DNA from: Selaginella moellendorffii
Taxonomy: Eukaryota; Plantae; Lycopodiophyta
NCBI RefSeq assembly: GCF_000143415.4
Contig: NW_003314356.1
Span: forward strand, 655,093-719,092
Direction of reading: 5' to 3'
Length of the DNA: 64,000 nt
The translations under genes and the position numbers were made by a program. Each line of letters begins with the position of its first letter. Position 1 is the first letter of the stretch. This document shows positions 62,212 to 64,000 of the stretch, piece after piece. The notes below the pieces were generated by a model that worked only from the letters and a program-made list of their open reading frames with translations, ran no database searches and was not told the origin of the DNA.

Positions 62212-64000
62212 ATGGCCTTCAGGGTTGGGGAAAAGGTTTACATTTTGAATGGTGGGAAGAGAGTTGCAAAAGGGACCCTTGTGTCTATGGATCGGAACTT
62301 TGTTATACACTGTCAAAGGCTTGGGGAAGGCAATGCTGTTGTATCAGTAGAGACTGTTTTCGATGGGAATGTGGTCACTATTGAACGAGGAGAGATGGTC
62401 GTTGGGGTAAATGTTGTTGTTGCCTTGAAAAATCTTCAGAAGAAAGCAGATGTTGGGGACAGCGCAAGTGCGACACATGTTCCCTCCGTGGATCTTAAGA
62501 ACCGTGCTACATGGATTCAGGCAAAGGTGTTTCTAAACAACCCCAAGGGGGAGGTGGTAGCTGAGGGCTTAGCCACAGTTGTCGATCCAAGAGATGCGGT
62601 TGCTAATCAAGAATTGGGCTGGGATGATATTGGAGTTGCGATTTTAGAGGTTGTTGACACAGAAGAAAACAGTCTAACTATTGGAAGCATTGTGCGGTGG
62701 AAATTGAGGCACTTAGTGTTTGAGAATGTGAAGGATTCACAATCAAACACCACTACAACTGATGACAGAACATCTCTTCATGGGAAAAGAAAGTACACCT
62801 TCCTAAAGCGCAGCCAAAGGGATCTGAGCAACGAACCGAAAAGGCAGAAAATGGCGATGGAGGTTCGAATGGTCTCGACAGTTGCTTGTTGCAAGAGGAG
62901 GTGCTGTCAACATGCTGATTGGGATGCTATTGAAGAGGAGAGAGCAAGATACAAGACATTGTCCTGGAAGGCAGCTCGCAATTTTGTGTATGAGGCATTA
63001 CGGTCATCTGTTGATGCTTCAGAACATCAGGTGGGGGGCATGGTCTTCCAGAGGGGTTTGGTCTGCATGAAGGCATGGAGAATCATTTATGGAGTCCCTC
63101 GAACCACATTCTACATAATCAAAACTGAGTTCGAGGAACAAAGGGTTCAACAGGCAGTCCATGGGAACGACGGTACGCACAAAACCAGGGGTCATGTTGT
63201 ATATGGAGAGGCAATCTTCAAGAGGTTTGTCGAGACATGTAGCGAGCAGCAACCACATAAAACCCACCTCTTGGAAGGTGGAACACGAGACACCCAACGA
63301 GTTCTCCCTTCCATGTATACCAAGGGGGCCATATTGGAAGATGTGAATCGGGAACTCCAGAGTAATGGCTACAGGAAGCTGAGCCAATCTAGATTTAGTA
63401 GATTGTGAAGCAACAGGTTCAGGGATGTGAGTATAGGAAAGTACTCCAGCTTTTCAAAGTGTGATGAGTGCACTGCTATCAAAATGGCTTTGTCGAAGAA
63501 TTCTTGCAGCGCTCAAGAGCGAGAGACGTTGGTTAGAAGGCGGCTCGACCACAACATCGAGCAGAGAAGCTACAGGACTGCATATTATCATAACAGGATT
63601 CTCTCCATGGAGAGACCTGACTCTTACCTCTACATCATCCACGACAAAATGGACCAAAAAAAGACGTGCTTACCTCGACTCAATCCTGCCCCCAAGGCAA
63701 TCTCTTCATCCATGCAGCTGCCTATGTCTCTGTTTGGCATAATCGCTCATGGGCATGGTGCCCAGAACTATGGGAACTTCTTTGTACCTCTATGGGGTGG
63801 CGGGGGTGCAAACATGATGATTGCGTCCCTAGCAAAACACTTAAGGTCTCTGCAAAGTGCGCAGACTGAGCTGAACGGCCAACCCTTGCATAAGGCCCTT
63901 GTCGATCGAACCCCATACAGGGTTCAGCTGGAGGAGGAGCAAAGGCTTGCAGTATCGCGTGGGGCCCCATGCCATCCCAGTGAATATGTTGGCCGTCAGA
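62212..64000 (+). CDS. DDE/D transposase-like gene (Sola-related) with two N-terminal Tnp1/En-Spm-like beta domains; premature TGA at 63406-63408; continues beyond the window
   Basis: VAKGTLVSMD..LGEGNAVVSV and VVAEG..VDPRDAV..LG; CCKRRCC; VCMKAWRIIYGV; FSRL*SNRF (W expected). The same frame continues FSKCDEC, IIHDKMDQKKTCLP, GIIAHGHG, GGANMMI and is open to 64000. Confidence 0.75.

Larger units (their letters stand above)
53980..63975. repeat. Dispersed 22-bp palindrome family, consensus ATGGCRTGDGGCCHCAYGCCAT
   Basis: Copies start at 53980, 55003, 55078 (perfect palindrome), 56449, 56590, 58074, 59354, 59414, 59491, 60285, 60364, 61212, 61284, 62038, 62108 and 63954. Partial copies at ~53692, ~60543 and 61868. 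Confidence 0.92.
53690..64000. mobile_element. Large DNA transposon-like element with cargo gene (runs off the right edge)
   Basis: Transposase-like gene on + and divergent multidomain gene on -; a shared 22-bp palindrome occurs throughout this interval. Left boundary is approximate; no TIR or TSD can be verified in the window. Confidence 0.72.

Noticed and set aside
53980-63975. CRISPR-like array reading of the 22-bp palindromic repeats
   Set aside because: Spacing is irregular (60 bp to more than 1.8 kb), copies lie in introns and exons, there are no cas genes, and the context is eukaryotic.

Overview
Compact, intron-rich land-plant genomic DNA with most introns about 45-60 nt and many intronless PLS-class PPR genes. 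That style suggests a lycophyte such as Selaginella (inference). Housekeeping genes: UPF1 (5'-truncated), a 14-3-3, a GASA/Snakin peptide missed by the ORF track, a stand-alone SRA/YDG gene, PIG-F, NRS/ER (UER1), a gamma-tocopherol-methyltransferase-like gene with a pseudogene copy, and five intact PPR genes plus one decayed PPR. Accessory content: an RT-deleted Ty3/Gypsy element, LINE fragments, several Crinkler/RHS-type effector genes (REase+kinase, NTPase+REase, two NTPase pseudogenes), a spliced heptad-coiled-coil + PD-(D/E)xK-like gene, and an inverted duplication with reciprocal gene loss. The most striking feature is the last ~10 kb (about 53.7-64 kb), an apparent large DNA transposon. 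It has a Sola-like DDE/D transposase on +, divergent from one long multi-exon gene on - that fuses a ParB-like domain, a degenerate beta-class N4/N6 methyltransferase-like fold and an FCP1-like HAD phosphatase. The region carries at least 16 copies of a 22-bp palindrome (ATGGCRTGDGGCCHCAYGCCAT), often inside introns and often paired 60-79 bp apart; I did not see it elsewhere in the window. All domain calls are by-eye motif recognition, not database searches.
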